In this document: in pieces, positions 17,981-27,213 of the stretch
Layout of the letters: every line of letters begins with the position of its first letter
Numbering within the stretch: position 1 is the first letter of the stretch
Assembly: GCA_918285425.1 (NCBI GenBank)
Contig: CAKJZE010000049.1
Span: 1 to 49,060, forward strand
Length of the DNA: 49,060 nt
Source: Clostridiales bacterium
GTDB lineage: Bacteria; Bacillota; Clostridia; Christensenellales; UBA1242
Direction: 5' to 3'
Notes under the pieces: model-generated
What the model saw: only the letters and a program-made list of their open reading frames with translations
Told to the model about the DNA's origin: nothing
Database searches by the model: none
Made by a program: the position numbers and the translations under genes

Positions 17981-19252
17981 ATGAAAAAAACAGAAAAAAA
18001 CTTGTGTCCACAAAATGTTTGCGAAAGTTGCGCACATATCCTTAAGGAAAAAAAGATTGATTTTAAAAACTGCAATCTTGCTTGCTTTAGTGGTGAAAGT
18101 TGCCCAAATTTTTATACTAATATTTGCAGCATTTGTGGTGGACCAATATTTCCTGGTTTTAATATTGAAAATCAAGATATAAACATGCTCATCAGCGCAA
18201 TCAACAATCCATCACTTAAAGTCATATTCTTTATTGCCCCATCAGTGCGCGTTGCACTTGGTGATGCTTTTGGATTTGATGCCGGAACAAATATTATTGG
18301 CAAACTTATAGCTTCACTTAAAAAACTTGGCGCATACAAAGTTTTTGATATGAACAGTGCTGCAGATTTCACCATTATTGAAGAAGCAAACGAGTTAAAG
18401 AACAGGCTTGCAAATAATACAAATCTTCCAATGTTCACAAGCTGTTGTCCTGGCTGGGTAAATTTTGCAAAAAAAATGTATCCGGAGTATAAAAACAACC
18501 TTTCCACTTGCAAAAGTCCACAACAGATATTTGGCTCACTTTTGAACACACATTTTGCAGATGTATTCAATATAAAGTCAACAGATATGTTTATTGTTTC
18601 AGTCGTGCCATGCTATGCTAAAAAAATTGAAAGATTGCAGTGCAAAAACTCTGCAAGAGGCTATGATGTTGACCTTGCCATAACCACAACAGAAATTGCA
18701 AAAGTGATTAAAGATGCACAGATAGATTTTGCAAATATTGAAAACTCTGACTTTGACGATTTCTTCGGCAGTGCAACTGGTGCAGGTGCGATCTTTGGAA
18801 ACACTGGAGGTGTTACCGAAGCAGTGCTTCGCACAGCAAATGATCAAATTTCTGGCAAAAATGCACGCACACTTGTGTATAATGCAGTGCGCGGTCTTGA
18901 CGGCATCAGACGTGCTGGCATCAAAATAAGGAACCGAAAAATCAACATTGCAGTTGTCATGGGATTAAAAAATGTAGCCACCGTTATTGAAGAGCTTAAA
19001 ACCGATCCACACAAATATGACTTAATTGAAGTTATGGCTTGCGAGGGCGGTTGCATTGGTGGCCCAGGTCAGCCACATACAACAAATAAAAATGAAACTC
19101 TTACTGCAAGAATAAAAGGTCTTTATGACATAGAAGTTAAATGTGCAAAAAGAAAAGCTCATCAAAACCCAGCACTGCAGAAAGTTTATAATGATTTCTT
19201 TGGATCTGTTGGCAGTGATAAAGCAGAATCATTACTACATAGAAAATTTTAA
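17981..19252 (+). CDS. [FeFe]-hydrogenase catalytic (H-cluster) domain protein with a short Cys-rich N-terminus
   Basis: 423 aa with all three H-cluster motifs: FTSCCPGW, VVPCYAKKIE and EVMACEGGCIGGPGQP. Confidence 0.85.
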   Translation: MKKTEKNLCPQNVCESCAHILKEKKIDFKNCNLACFSGESCPNFYTNICSICGGPIFPGFNIENQDINMLISAINNPSLKVIFFIAPSVRVALGDAFGFDAGTNIIGKLIASLKKLGAYKVFDMNSAADFTIIEEANELKNRLANNTNLPMFTSCCPGWVNFAKKMYPEYKNNLSTCKSPQQIFGSLLNTHFADVFNIKSTDMFIVSVVPCYAKKIERLQCKNSARGYDVDLAITTTEIAKVIKDAQIDFANIENSDFDDFFGSATGAGAIFGNTGGVTEAVLRTANDQISGKNARTLVYNAVRGLDGIRRAGIKIRNRKINIAVVMGLKNVATVIEELKTDPHKYDLIEVMACEGGCIGGPGQPHTTNKNETLTARIKGLYDIEVKCAKRKAHQNPALQKVYNDFFGSVGSDKAESLLHRKF

Positions 19253-19263
19253 AAATTTGAAAA

Positions 19264-19300
19264 CAAAAATGGTTTAACATTTACGTTAAACCATTTTTTA
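19264..19300. terminator. Bidirectional terminator between the hydrogenase and cvpA-like genes
   Basis: aaaaatggtttaac-atttac-gttaaaccattttttt, a 10-bp stem flanked by an A-run and a T-run. Confidence 0.6.
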
Positions 19301-19320
19301 TAACCTTTCAATTATTAATC

Positions 19321-21639
19321 TTAAATACCAAACAAAGCTTTCAGTGCAGCAAGTTGTTCTGGTGTAAGTTTATTTTCATACCCCTCATCACCTTCTGTAA
19401 GGTTTTGATTTTCTTGCAAAGCTTGTTCAATTGCATCTTTTGAATCTTGAGAAAGTGTACTTGTAATATCCAACTCACTTACCATCTCTGTATAGGTTGT
19501 AGTTGTGTTGTCTGTTATAAGATCAAGTATTACACTTGAACCAGCAATACTGTCAATAAGATCACTTGCACTGTCTGCAGTGATTTCAACTTGCTCACCG
19601 TCACCCGCTGAAAGAATTTGACTTGCAACATCAAACACTTCAACAAGTGCACTTATTTCGTTATCAATGTCCATGTCAGCATGTTCTTCATCAGGGTTAA
19701 TAATCTTCGTTATTGTTTCACTGACAATAGGCGCTATCTCTTCTGGCACACCCATTTCTTTAAGTGTATCTGTGTCACCGATAATCTCTGTCACAATATC
19801 TTTAAGTGTATCATCACCAGCAAGGGTTTTAATCACATCTCCAAGATTTTCAAGATTCAAATCCTCAAAATTATCAAGTGATTTCGCAACTTTAAGTGTA
19901 TCGCCAAGTGCTTTAAATGTTTCTTTTAAGCTTACTGTTTCATCAGCCCAAACTTCAAGTAATTTATCTTTAAACATAGCCAATTGTTCAGCATTTTCAC
20001 CAAGAACTTCAGACTCAAATAAAGTTTTAATTAAATCTTGAGAAATACTTGTGATATCCTCTTCACCTTTTTTACCAGCTTTAAGAATAGTTGAATCTCT
20101 TAAGTAATCAAAAGTCTCACCCATAAGCTCAAAGTCAAGTGCTTCAAGTGGATCCTCTACACCGTCAATATCTGCGAAGATCTTTATAAGATTTGAAAAG
20201 ACATTTTGAATTATTGGCTTTTCAATTTCCCAGTTAATATTCTCCGCAAGAATTGTAACTTCCGCAGCATTTTCCTCGCCAAGTGCTTTATATATAACAT
20301 CAAGACCAAAATTTACAAGTTCAGGCATAACATTTTTAAGTGTGTTACTTTCAAGTGCTTTTGAAATTATATCAGCAATAAGGTTTTCATTTCCTTCTGC
20401 AGTGAATACGTCCATCATGTCGCCGCCATCATTCATGGTTTTAAGCAGGTCAGCATTGTTACATATCTTAAGTATATCAATTGATACGTTTACATCATTT
20501 TTAACATTTGCACCCTCATCTGTTGATGTCTTTAAAAGCATTGCATCAAACAATTTTGCTGCAGCAACATTGTTAATATTTGGTTTGCTGATATTGCAGA
20601 ATTTCTCACCATCATACCATTTTTCAGCAGCATATGGCACAATTTCTTTAATGATTGTTCCAAATACTTCATCGTCAAACAGTTCATTTGCAGCTGCCTT
20701 AATTTTATCAAGACATGCATTGTCTTCCATATCCAAGCCACTACTCAAAATAGCCTTAACTTGTGGGAATACATTTGCAACAGATTTAATTTCCGCACGA
20801 ATACTGTATGTCACACCCTTATCTGTAACCGTTGTAAGATTATCAAACATACTTACAGAAAGTTTCTTTACTCCAACAGAGTTCAAAACTTTAACAATCC
20901 AAGTATTGTTAAATGCCTCGGTATATTTATCAACTTCAGTTGCAACTTTTTCAACTTGCTCTATCATCGCATTTTTTTCTTCTGATTCTGTTTCTGATTC
21001 AGCATAGTATACTTCAGGTGCAGCAGCTTCTGCAGATTCCGCAGCTTCTGCCTCTTGATTTTCCTGAATTGCAACTTGAATAACAGGCTGTGCTGTTTCA
21101 ATTATACCAAACATAGGCACCATGCAAACACATGCAATCAAAATTCCTTGAACAGCACCGATAACTGCACCAATAAATTTATGTTTATCTTTGCCAGCCA
21201 TTTTCTTCTTGCTGAAGAATATACCAGCAACGATCCAATAGATAATCATTGAAATCCATTTAAATACAAAGAAGAAAACAATAAACATTGCTACATTTGC
21301 AACCATAACAGGAAGAAATTTTATAAATGCCTCAAGTGTAGGGCTTGCATGTATAAGATCTTCCACAATAGGAATTTTGCGGAGTAAATCCTCAATAAGT
21401 TCTTGCACTGTTATAACTTGCACACCGCCAATATTGATATTTAAATTTGAGATATCAAATTTTAAGACAAAATTTGTTATACTTGGAACTACAAAAAATG
21501 CAAGCACTGCCATACCAAGCACCATAAAGAATCTGATAATAGATTTTGAAAATCCCCTGATCCATCCAAAAACAAATCCTAGTATGATTGCAAGCATGAA
21601 CAAGCTTACAACCGCTGTAGAGACTAATGATACGTTCAT
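19321..21639 (-). CDS. CvpA-family membrane protein fused to a ~570-aa acidic extracytoplasmic/soluble region
   Basis: 772 aa. The N-terminal ~190 aa have 4 TM helices with GWIRGFSKSIIRF, typical of the colicin V production (CvpA) family. The remainder is D/E-rich with no recognised domain. Confidence 0.55.
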   Translation of the reverse strand: MNVSLVSTAVVSLFMLAIILGFVFGWIRGFSKSIIRFFMVLGMAVLAFFVVPSITNFVLKFDISNLNINIGGVQVITVQELIEDLLRKIPIVEDLIHASPTLEAFIKFLPVMVANVAMFIVFFFVFKWISMIIYWIVAGIFFSKKKMAGKDKHKFIGAVIGAVQGILIACVCMVPMFGIIETAQPVIQVAIQENQEAEAAESAEAAAPEVYYAESETESEEKNAMIEQVEKVATEVDKYTEAFNNTWIVKVLNSVGVKKLSVSMFDNLTTVTDKGVTYSIRAEIKSVANVFPQVKAILSSGLDMEDNACLDKIKAAANELFDDEVFGTIIKEIVPYAAEKWYDGEKFCNISKPNINNVAAAKLFDAMLLKTSTDEGANVKNDVNVSIDILKICNNADLLKTMNDGGDMMDVFTAEGNENLIADIISKALESNTLKNVMPELVNFGLDVIYKALGEENAAEVTILAENINWEIEKPIIQNVFSNLIKIFADIDGVEDPLEALDFELMGETFDYLRDSTILKAGKKGEEDITSISQDLIKTLFESEVLGENAEQLAMFKDKLLEVWADETVSLKETFKALGDTLKVAKSLDNFEDLNLENLGDVIKTLAGDDTLKDIVTEIIGDTDTLKEMGVPEEIAPIVSETITKIINPDEEHADMDIDNEISALVEVFDVASQILSAGDGEQVEITADSASDLIDSIAGSSVILDLITDNTTTTYTEMVSELDITSTLSQDSKDAIEQALQENQNLTEGDEGYENKLTPEQLAALKALFGI

Positions 21640-21913
21640 AATTTTCCCTCACTTATTTACTTATTGAGTTAATTATATAACATAAAAAAGAAAAAAACAA
21701 CAATTTTATGGTCATAATTTAAATTATTATATCATTTATATTTAATTATGATTTGAAAAATAAAATAAATTGTCATATACTCAAGAATATAAAAACGTTA
21801 TTTTTCAAAAAAATAAAAAAATATTTTAAAAAGACTTTAAAAACAAAAAACAATGTGTTATAATCAACTCACTTGAATATGAAAAAGATGTTCAACAAAA
21901 CTAAATATTATTT

Positions 21914-22004
21914 GGAGGGATACTCAAGAGGCCAAAGAGGGCACCCTGCTAAGGTGTTAGTACGAGCAATCGTAGCGCGGGTTCAAATCCCGCTCCCTCC
22001 GCCA
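21914..22004 (+). tRNA. tRNA-Ser (anticodon GCU), long variable arm, CCA encoded
   Basis: GGAGGGATACTCAAGAGGCCAAAGAGGGCACCCTGCTAAGGTGTTAGTACGAGCAATCGTAGCGCGGGTTCAAATCCCGCTCCCTCCGCCA, with anticodon loop CTGCTAA. An extended -10 (TGtTATAAT, 21856-21864) lies ~50 nt upstream. Confidence 0.9.
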
Positions 22005-22007
22005 AGC

Positions 22008-22053
22008 ATAACGTAAATCATATGAAAATTGATTTGCGTTATTTTATTTTTTT
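22008..22053 (+). terminator. Terminator after tRNA-Ser
   Basis: ataacgtaaatca-(9 nt)-tgatttgcgttat, a 13-bp stem with one G-U pair, followed by tttatttttt. Confidence 0.6.
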
Positions 22054-22083
22054 GCTATAATAACAGAGAAGGAGAAAAATTTT

Positions 22084-22890
22084 ATGAATCTATTATCTTA
22101 TTATTTTTTTGATTATAAGTACAACATTGATAATTTTACATCAGATTTGTTCAGTATTCCACACATAATTTTCATCATTCTGTCATTAATACTTGTTCCT
22201 ACTATATGCATTTTGCTGCGAAAAACTGATCATAACAAAATTTTAATTTTTTTGAAGATTTTTTCAATTGTCATGGTTGTTCTTGAACTTACAAAAATTT
22301 TTTGGGAAAGTTATTGGGATATATCCACCGGCAGAGGATTTAATTATGGTGGAATTTTGCCTCTTTATACTTGCTCTTTGTTTATTTATTGTTTATTGTT
22401 TTCAGCATGGGGAAAGGGAAAACCAAAAGATTTTTCACTTACATACATAGGCACTATAAGTATGTTGTCTGGCTTAATAGGCCTTATACAATGTAATGGT
22501 CTGAACTGGTATCCATTTTGGACATTCGGGGCGTTTTATTCAATGTTTTTTCATCTGTCTATGTTCGCTGTCGGAACATTTATTCTTGTTACAGGATACA
22601 AAAAACTTGAATGGAAAGATATTATATTTGGTTGGATACCAATGTTATTTCTAGCTCTTGCTGCATTACCAGCAAATTATGAATATGGAGCTGATTATAT
22701 GCAGATTTATGAAGGATCAGGAATCCCACTTTTCAGTACACTTTCAGACAAACTTGCAAGCGTAAATTTACGTTGGATATTTTCTCTTATTATGCTTGCA
22801 GCATATATGATTTTAAGTGGTGTTGTCGTTTGTATCTATAAGCTTATTCAATACCTTATAAATAAAAAACAATTTAAATACAGCAAATAA
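22084..22890 (+). CDS. Polytopic integral membrane protein (possibly YwaF/TMEM164-like)
   Basis: 268 aa with about 7 hydrophobic helices. A GGAGAA RBS precedes the ATG. The family assignment is only a guess. Confidence 0.45.
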   Translation: MNLLSYYFFDYKYNIDNFTSDLFSIPHIIFIILSLILVPTICILLRKTDHNKILIFLKIFSIVMVVLELTKIFWESYWDISTGRGFNYGGILPLYTCSLFIYCLLFSAWGKGKPKDFSLTYIGTISMLSGLIGLIQCNGLNWYPFWTFGAFYSMFFHLSMFAVGTFILVTGYKKLEWKDIIFGWIPMLFLALAALPANYEYGADYMQIYEGSGIPLFSTLSDKLASVNLRWIFSLIMLAAYMILSGVVVCIYKLIQYLINKKQFKYSK

Positions 22891-22988
22891 AATATATACT
22901 ATAACAGTTTGTAAAGAAAATTTCAGTATTAAATTCATTTAAATAAAAAAATAGGCAGACGCCTATTTTTTTGATTAATTGATTGTTT

Positions 22989-23996
22989 TTACATTGACTT
23001 TTCATCTTCCAGAATACATTTTGCAGCATAAATTCTTATCTTATTAAAATCATCATGGAAGGAAGATGTATCATTGTGTAAAACATTGTTGAAATAACGA
23101 TTCAGCACACTCTCACAAAGTGTAGAAACAAATGCACGATAGCTTTTTTGAGCTTCTGATACATACGTAACCCCACGAGAACTTATTTCATTTGGTCTTA
23201 ATCTTAAATTTGAAATACTATGATCACTTTTTGTGCTAAGTTTATCTGTCACCAAAACTAAACCATTTTTTAAATAATATGAGATAAATTTACTTTCCTG
23301 TAGAGCTTTTTTTGACTCTTCACAAATGTCAGTTGTACCATCATAATCATTTAAAAATTTCTCTGGATATTGCTGTTTTACTTTTGCTCTTGTTGACAAA
23401 AACAGATTTTTCCAAACCGGTATTTCATCATAAAATGGAGCCACGTAAAAAACGGTAACATTTTGTTTGATAACTCCACCAGGGGCATAGCAAAAACATT
23501 GAATATGACTCATAAGGTCATCAACTTTGTTTTGATCTTCATTGCACCTGAACAACAAATAGTTTTGCAAGTTTTCCATAATCTCGCCTATAACATTGAC
23601 GCCTGCACTGTGTCCAACAAAAATTAATTTTCCAAGAATGTTTTTTATTTCTTCTTCAGTCTTTGCTTTATCCAATCTTGGCCAAAGTGTTTTGTCAAAA
23701 AAAGACATGGCATTAAATTTTGCACGATCACTTAAAATTATACCATCTCTGCCATTACCTGCAATTTCATCTTCATAGCTTGCCGAAATGATATCCGCAG
23801 TGCTTGGGCTATATTCTTTGAAAAAATTTCCAATAAGTTTTGCATAGCCATTTGCCTCTTTAGTTGTGGCTGTTAAATTACCACCAAATATAAAAATTGC
23901 AGGCTTATTTTCAAGCTTATAATATCCAGGCAAATCTTCCCAGTTATTTCTTGCGCCCATCTTTCTTCTGCCATATTTAAAAGGTATAAAGTCCAT
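22989..23996 (-). CDS. Hypothetical protein with a GHSxG nucleophile elbow (alpha/beta-hydrolase-like)
   Basis: Start placed at ATG 23996 (MDFIPFKYG), preceded by AAGGAG. It has IFIFGGN...LIFVGHSAGVNVIG, and no signal peptide. Confidence 0.45.
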   Translation of the reverse strand: MDFIPFKYGRRKMGARNNWEDLPGYYKLENKPAIFIFGGNLTATTKEANGYAKLIGNFFKEYSPSTADIISASYEDEIAGNGRDGIILSDRAKFNAMSFFDKTLWPRLDKAKTEEEIKNILGKLIFVGHSAGVNVIGEIMENLQNYLLFRCNEDQNKVDDLMSHIQCFCYAPGGVIKQNVTVFYVAPFYDEIPVWKNLFLSTRAKVKQQYPEKFLNDYDGTTDICEESKKALQESKFISYYLKNGLVLVTDKLSTKSDHSISNLRLRPNEISSRGVTYVSEAQKSYRAFVSTLCESVLNRYFNNVLHNDTSSFHDDFNKIRIYAAKCILEDEKSM

Positions 23997-24097
23997 TTGT
24001 TTACTCCTTTTACTCTGTAAAAAATACCACAAAATTTACTTTTTGTCAAGTCACGACTGTTATCTTTCCTTCATGTATTATAAGCTTAATAATCTGC

Positions 24098-24126
24098 AAA
24101 CAAAAAGAGGAGATTTAATCTCCCCT
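24098..24126 (-). terminator. Terminator of the 25498-24137 three-gene operon
   Basis: Minus strand reads ggggagat-taa-atctcctc followed by tttttgttt. The hairpin is better on the minus-strand RNA, where a G-U pair replaces an A-C mismatch. Confidence 0.5.
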
Positions 24127-24136
24127 TTATTTTTTG

Positions 24137-24568
24137 TTACCCTTTGTTTTGCATGGCATCAATTATGTCTTCTACTTTTTCTATTCCGACTTTATTGATG
24201 AATTTTTCAACTTTTTTCACCGCACTACTGTCACTGTGTTTTTTTCCAAGCTCTTTTAAAGATGAAAACAGCTTTTTAAGCAAAGATTTGATGGCAGTGT
24301 TTTCGTATGTACTGTATCCACCAAACACAAATGCAACGGTGGAAATTGCCAAAATGACAAATTCTTGTGACCAAACTGATCCGCACACAACATAAAGCTC
24401 TGCAAGAACAGTAAGCGTTGCTGAAACAATGATGCTTAACATAAAGAATGTGAATCTGTAAAATTTTGGATGATTTGCTTTAAATTTACCAAATGGCAGT
24501 TTAATAAGACCAATAAACGCGAGTACTATGCTTGAAATTATACCGGCATCCATAATTATCTCTTTCAT
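24137..24568 (-). CDS. Small membrane protein (3 TM) with charged C-terminal tail
   Basis: 143 aa. Its start lies 1 nt after the stop of the upstream ORF. Confidence 0.5.
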   Translation of the reverse strand: MKEIIMDAGIISSIVLAFIGLIKLPFGKFKANHPKFYRFTFFMLSIIVSATLTVLAELYVVCGSVWSQEFVILAISTVAFVFGGYSTYENTAIKSLLKKLFSSLKELGKKHSDSSAVKKVEKFINKVGIEKVEDIIDAMQNKG

Positions 24569-24569
24569 A

Positions 24570-24806
24570 TTATTCGTGCACCTCTTCCAAATTGTTTACT
24601 TCTTCCTCTTCCACTACTTCCTCGGTTGATACATTTTCAAGAGCACTTAATATTCTTTTTTCTTTTTCAGCATACTTTTCTTGGATCTGCTTAGTAAAAG
24701 CATCTATTTCTGCTTGTTTATCATTTTCCAAAGCGTCACGCAATGCCTCAAGCTCATCAAAAATTGAATCAAAGCCCTCAAGTGGTTTTCTTATTGTTTT
24801 TGGCAT
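24570..24806 (-). CDS. Small acidic coiled-coil protein (alternative longer form starting at 24920)
   Basis: ATG 24806 is preceded by a perfect AAAGGAGG 8 nt upstream. The longer form would start in an ATGA overlap with the upstream gene. Confidence 0.4.
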   Translation of the reverse strand: MPKTIRKPLEGFDSIFDELEALRDALENDKQAEIDAFTKQIQEKYAEKEKRILSALENVSTEEVVEEEEVNNLEEVHE

Positions 24807-24916
24807 AATTATTTTTCCTCCTTTAATTATTATTACACTTGAAATTTCTTCCAAGATATAACCACAATTATCAATTTGTCTTACAAATGGTGGGCGCAAA
24901 TATTCACCTGATTGAA

Positions 24917-25498
24917 TCATTGAAAACTAACAGCTCCCGTCCATTTAAGGCAAGCAAAAGTCAAAGCGCCAAGACATAAAAGCAAAAGCAAAACGCCAAC
25001 ACAAATAGCCACAAACTTAAGTGCACCTTTTTGATTTTTTATCACATTTAAAAAGATATAAAATGGTGCAAGCGTCCAAAAACAGATAAAATGCATAACA
25101 CAAAACCAAAAGTCATAGCCTATTTCAATCATCTTTTTTTGCCACTTTTTCTTTGGAGCTATACTTTGACCAAATGCTTTATACTGATCTTCAGAAAGTT
25201 CAAATTCTGCCTTATTTTCTTCAAGTTCTGCATTTTTTAGTTGCTTGTTTATCTGCTTTTCTTGCATCTGCAGCCCCTTTTCAATAAGGCGATCTGCACT
25301 TGCATCTATTTTAGCTTTAGTGTCATCATCACTGTCCACACGTTTGGCAATCTGACTGTTAAGTTTAGCTTTAAGTGTCTTATCTGTGTCTTGTGCAATT
25401 ATGGACATCTCTTTAGCTTCCGCCTCTGCCTTGGCCTTAACATAAATATTTTGTTGTTCTTTTATTTCTTTCTCTATTTCTTCAATAGTCTTTTCCAT
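24917..25498 (-). CDS. Coiled-coil protein with C-terminal double TM anchor
   Basis: 193 aa. The K/E-rich N-terminal 125 aa are followed by two hydrophobic helices. A GGGGGA RBS precedes the ATG. Confidence 0.5.
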   Translation of the reverse strand: MEKTIEEIEKEIKEQQNIYVKAKAEAEAKEMSIIAQDTDKTLKAKLNSQIAKRVDSDDDTKAKIDASADRLIEKGLQMQEKQINKQLKNAELEENKAEFELSEDQYKAFGQSIAPKKKWQKKMIEIGYDFWFCVMHFICFWTLAPFYIFLNVIKNQKGALKFVAICVGVLLLLLCLGALTFACLKWTGAVSFQ

Positions 25499-25637
25499 AA
25501 AAAATCCCCCGTCTTACTACTATTTTACAACCAAAATAACTGATTCTCAATTTACAGTGACGCGGAAAAGACATATAAAAATAAAGAAAATATGAAAATA
25601 TCTTCTTTATGTAAAAAATATATGATATAATAAAGAT

Positions 25638-26468
25638 ATGAAAAATATTACAGTAGCAATTTGTTATGATTTTGACAGCACGCTTGCAACAAACAATATG
25701 CAGACCTTTTCTTTTATTCCAAAACTTGGATTAAATCCAGACGAATTTTGGAAGAAAGTTGGAAATTTCACAAAGAAAAATGGATGTGAGCCAACACTTT
25801 CCTATCTTCAAGTCATGATTGAAGAATGTAAGAAAAAAGGTGTAACGCTTACAAAACAGTATCTTACAGATCTTGGCAAAGATATAAAATTTTATGAAGG
25901 TGTCACCACTTGGTTTTCACGCATTAATCGCTATGCAGAGAAAAATAATATAAATCTGGAACATTATATCATCTCTTCCGGAAATAAAGAAATGATTGAT
26001 GGCTGCCGCATATCTAAAGAATTTACAGATGTCTTTGGGTGTGAGTATTTATTTGATAAAAATGGAGTAGCGTATTGGCCAAAAAACATAGTTAACTATA
26101 CACAAAAAACTCAATATCTTTTCAGAATTTGCAAAGGCATAACCGATATCACTGATGAAAAAAGCATCAATAACAAAGTAGATAAAAAGCACATTGAATT
26201 CCGCAATATGATATACATTGGTGACGGAATGACAGACGTGCCATGCATGGCCATCGTTAAAGAAAAAGGTGGAACATCAATTTCAGTTTATACTCCAAAT
26301 CAAAAAAATACAAGCGTTCAACTTTTAAAAGATGACCGTGTGAACTATGCCTGCAAAAGTGATTTCAGAGCAAACAGCCCGCTTGAAAAACTTATAAAAC
26401 AAATACTTGATTGTATCAAGCTGAAAGAAATACTTATCACAAAAGAACAAAGTAAAAAGGTAAAATAA
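25638..26468 (+). CDS. HAD-superfamily hydrolase
   Basis: 276 aa with motif I ICYDFDSTLA (DxDxT) and motif IV IYIGDGMTDVPCM. Confidence 0.75.
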   Translation: MKNITVAICYDFDSTLATNNMQTFSFIPKLGLNPDEFWKKVGNFTKKNGCEPTLSYLQVMIEECKKKGVTLTKQYLTDLGKDIKFYEGVTTWFSRINRYAEKNNINLEHYIISSGNKEMIDGCRISKEFTDVFGCEYLFDKNGVAYWPKNIVNYTQKTQYLFRICKGITDITDEKSINNKVDKKHIEFRNMIYIGDGMTDVPCMAIVKEKGGTSISVYTPNQKNTSVQLLKDDRVNYACKSDFRANSPLEKLIKQILDCIKLKEILITKEQSKKVK

Positions 26469-26471
26469 GTC

Positions 26472-27131
26472 ATGGATAATTTAAATCTTCAAATTGCAGG
26501 TATAACCAATGCCAACGATGCAATTATGTGTGCAGATGCCGGATTTAATATAATTGGTTTTTTGGTGGGGCAAAAACACGAAAGCAACGAATTTATCACC
26601 AAAGAGCTTGCAAAAGAAATAAAAAACGCACTTCCAAAAAATATTAAAACAACACTTATCACCCACCTTGAAAATGCAGATGAAATAATTGAAATTGCAA
26701 AATTTATTGATGTAGATTTTATACAGCTTCACTCATATATAAAAGAAAGTGAAGTCGAAAAAATTAAAATTGCACTGCCGGACAAAAAACTCATCAGGCT
26801 TATTCATATAGCACAAAACGGTGAAATCTTAAATGACATTTCAAAAATGAAATATGTTGACATCTATTTTACTGACAGCATAAATAAAGCAACAAATCAA
26901 GTGGGTGGAACAGGGCTTACACACAGCCTTGAAACAGACAAACGACTTGTCGAAACTCTGAATAAACCCGTTATGATTGCAGGTGGCCTTACGCCAGAAA
27001 ATGTAGCCGCCGCCATAAAGTTTTGTCACCCTTGGGGCGTTGATGTTAACAGCGGTTGCCGCGGTGCAAATGGTGGCCGTGACAAAACCAAAGTCAAAAG
27101 CTTTGTTGAAAATACAAAGCATCAGATATAA
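26472..27131 (+). CDS. trpF: Phosphoribosylanthranilate isomerase (TrpF-like)
   Basis: 219 aa with QIAGITNANDA at the N-terminus, GGTG, and MIAGGLTPENVAAAI...GVDVNSG, typical of PRAI. Confidence 0.75.
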   Translation: MDNLNLQIAGITNANDAIMCADAGFNIIGFLVGQKHESNEFITKELAKEIKNALPKNIKTTLITHLENADEIIEIAKFIDVDFIQLHSYIKESEVEKIKIALPDKKLIRLIHIAQNGEILNDISKMKYVDIYFTDSINKATNQVGGTGLTHSLETDKRLVETLNKPVMIAGGLTPENVAAAIKFCHPWGVDVNSGCRGANGGRDKTKVKSFVENTKHQI

Positions 27132-27178
27132 TAATATTTAACTATTCAATTTTCAAAAATAATTTATTTTTTTCAAAT

Positions 27179-27209
27179 GAAAGACCACGGATGTTCTCCG
27201 TGGTCTTTC
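27179..27209. terminator. Bidirectional terminator between trpF and the S8-like gene
   Basis: gaaagaccacgga-tgttc-tccgtggtctttc, a perfect 13-bp stem. Confidence 0.7.
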
Positions 27210-27213
27210 ATCC

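Noticed and set aside
24137-24568. Holin/prophage-lysis interpretation of the 3-TM small protein and its two neighbours.
   Set aside because: No endolysin, terminase, capsid or other phage gene occurs anywhere nearby, and topology alone is not diagnostic.
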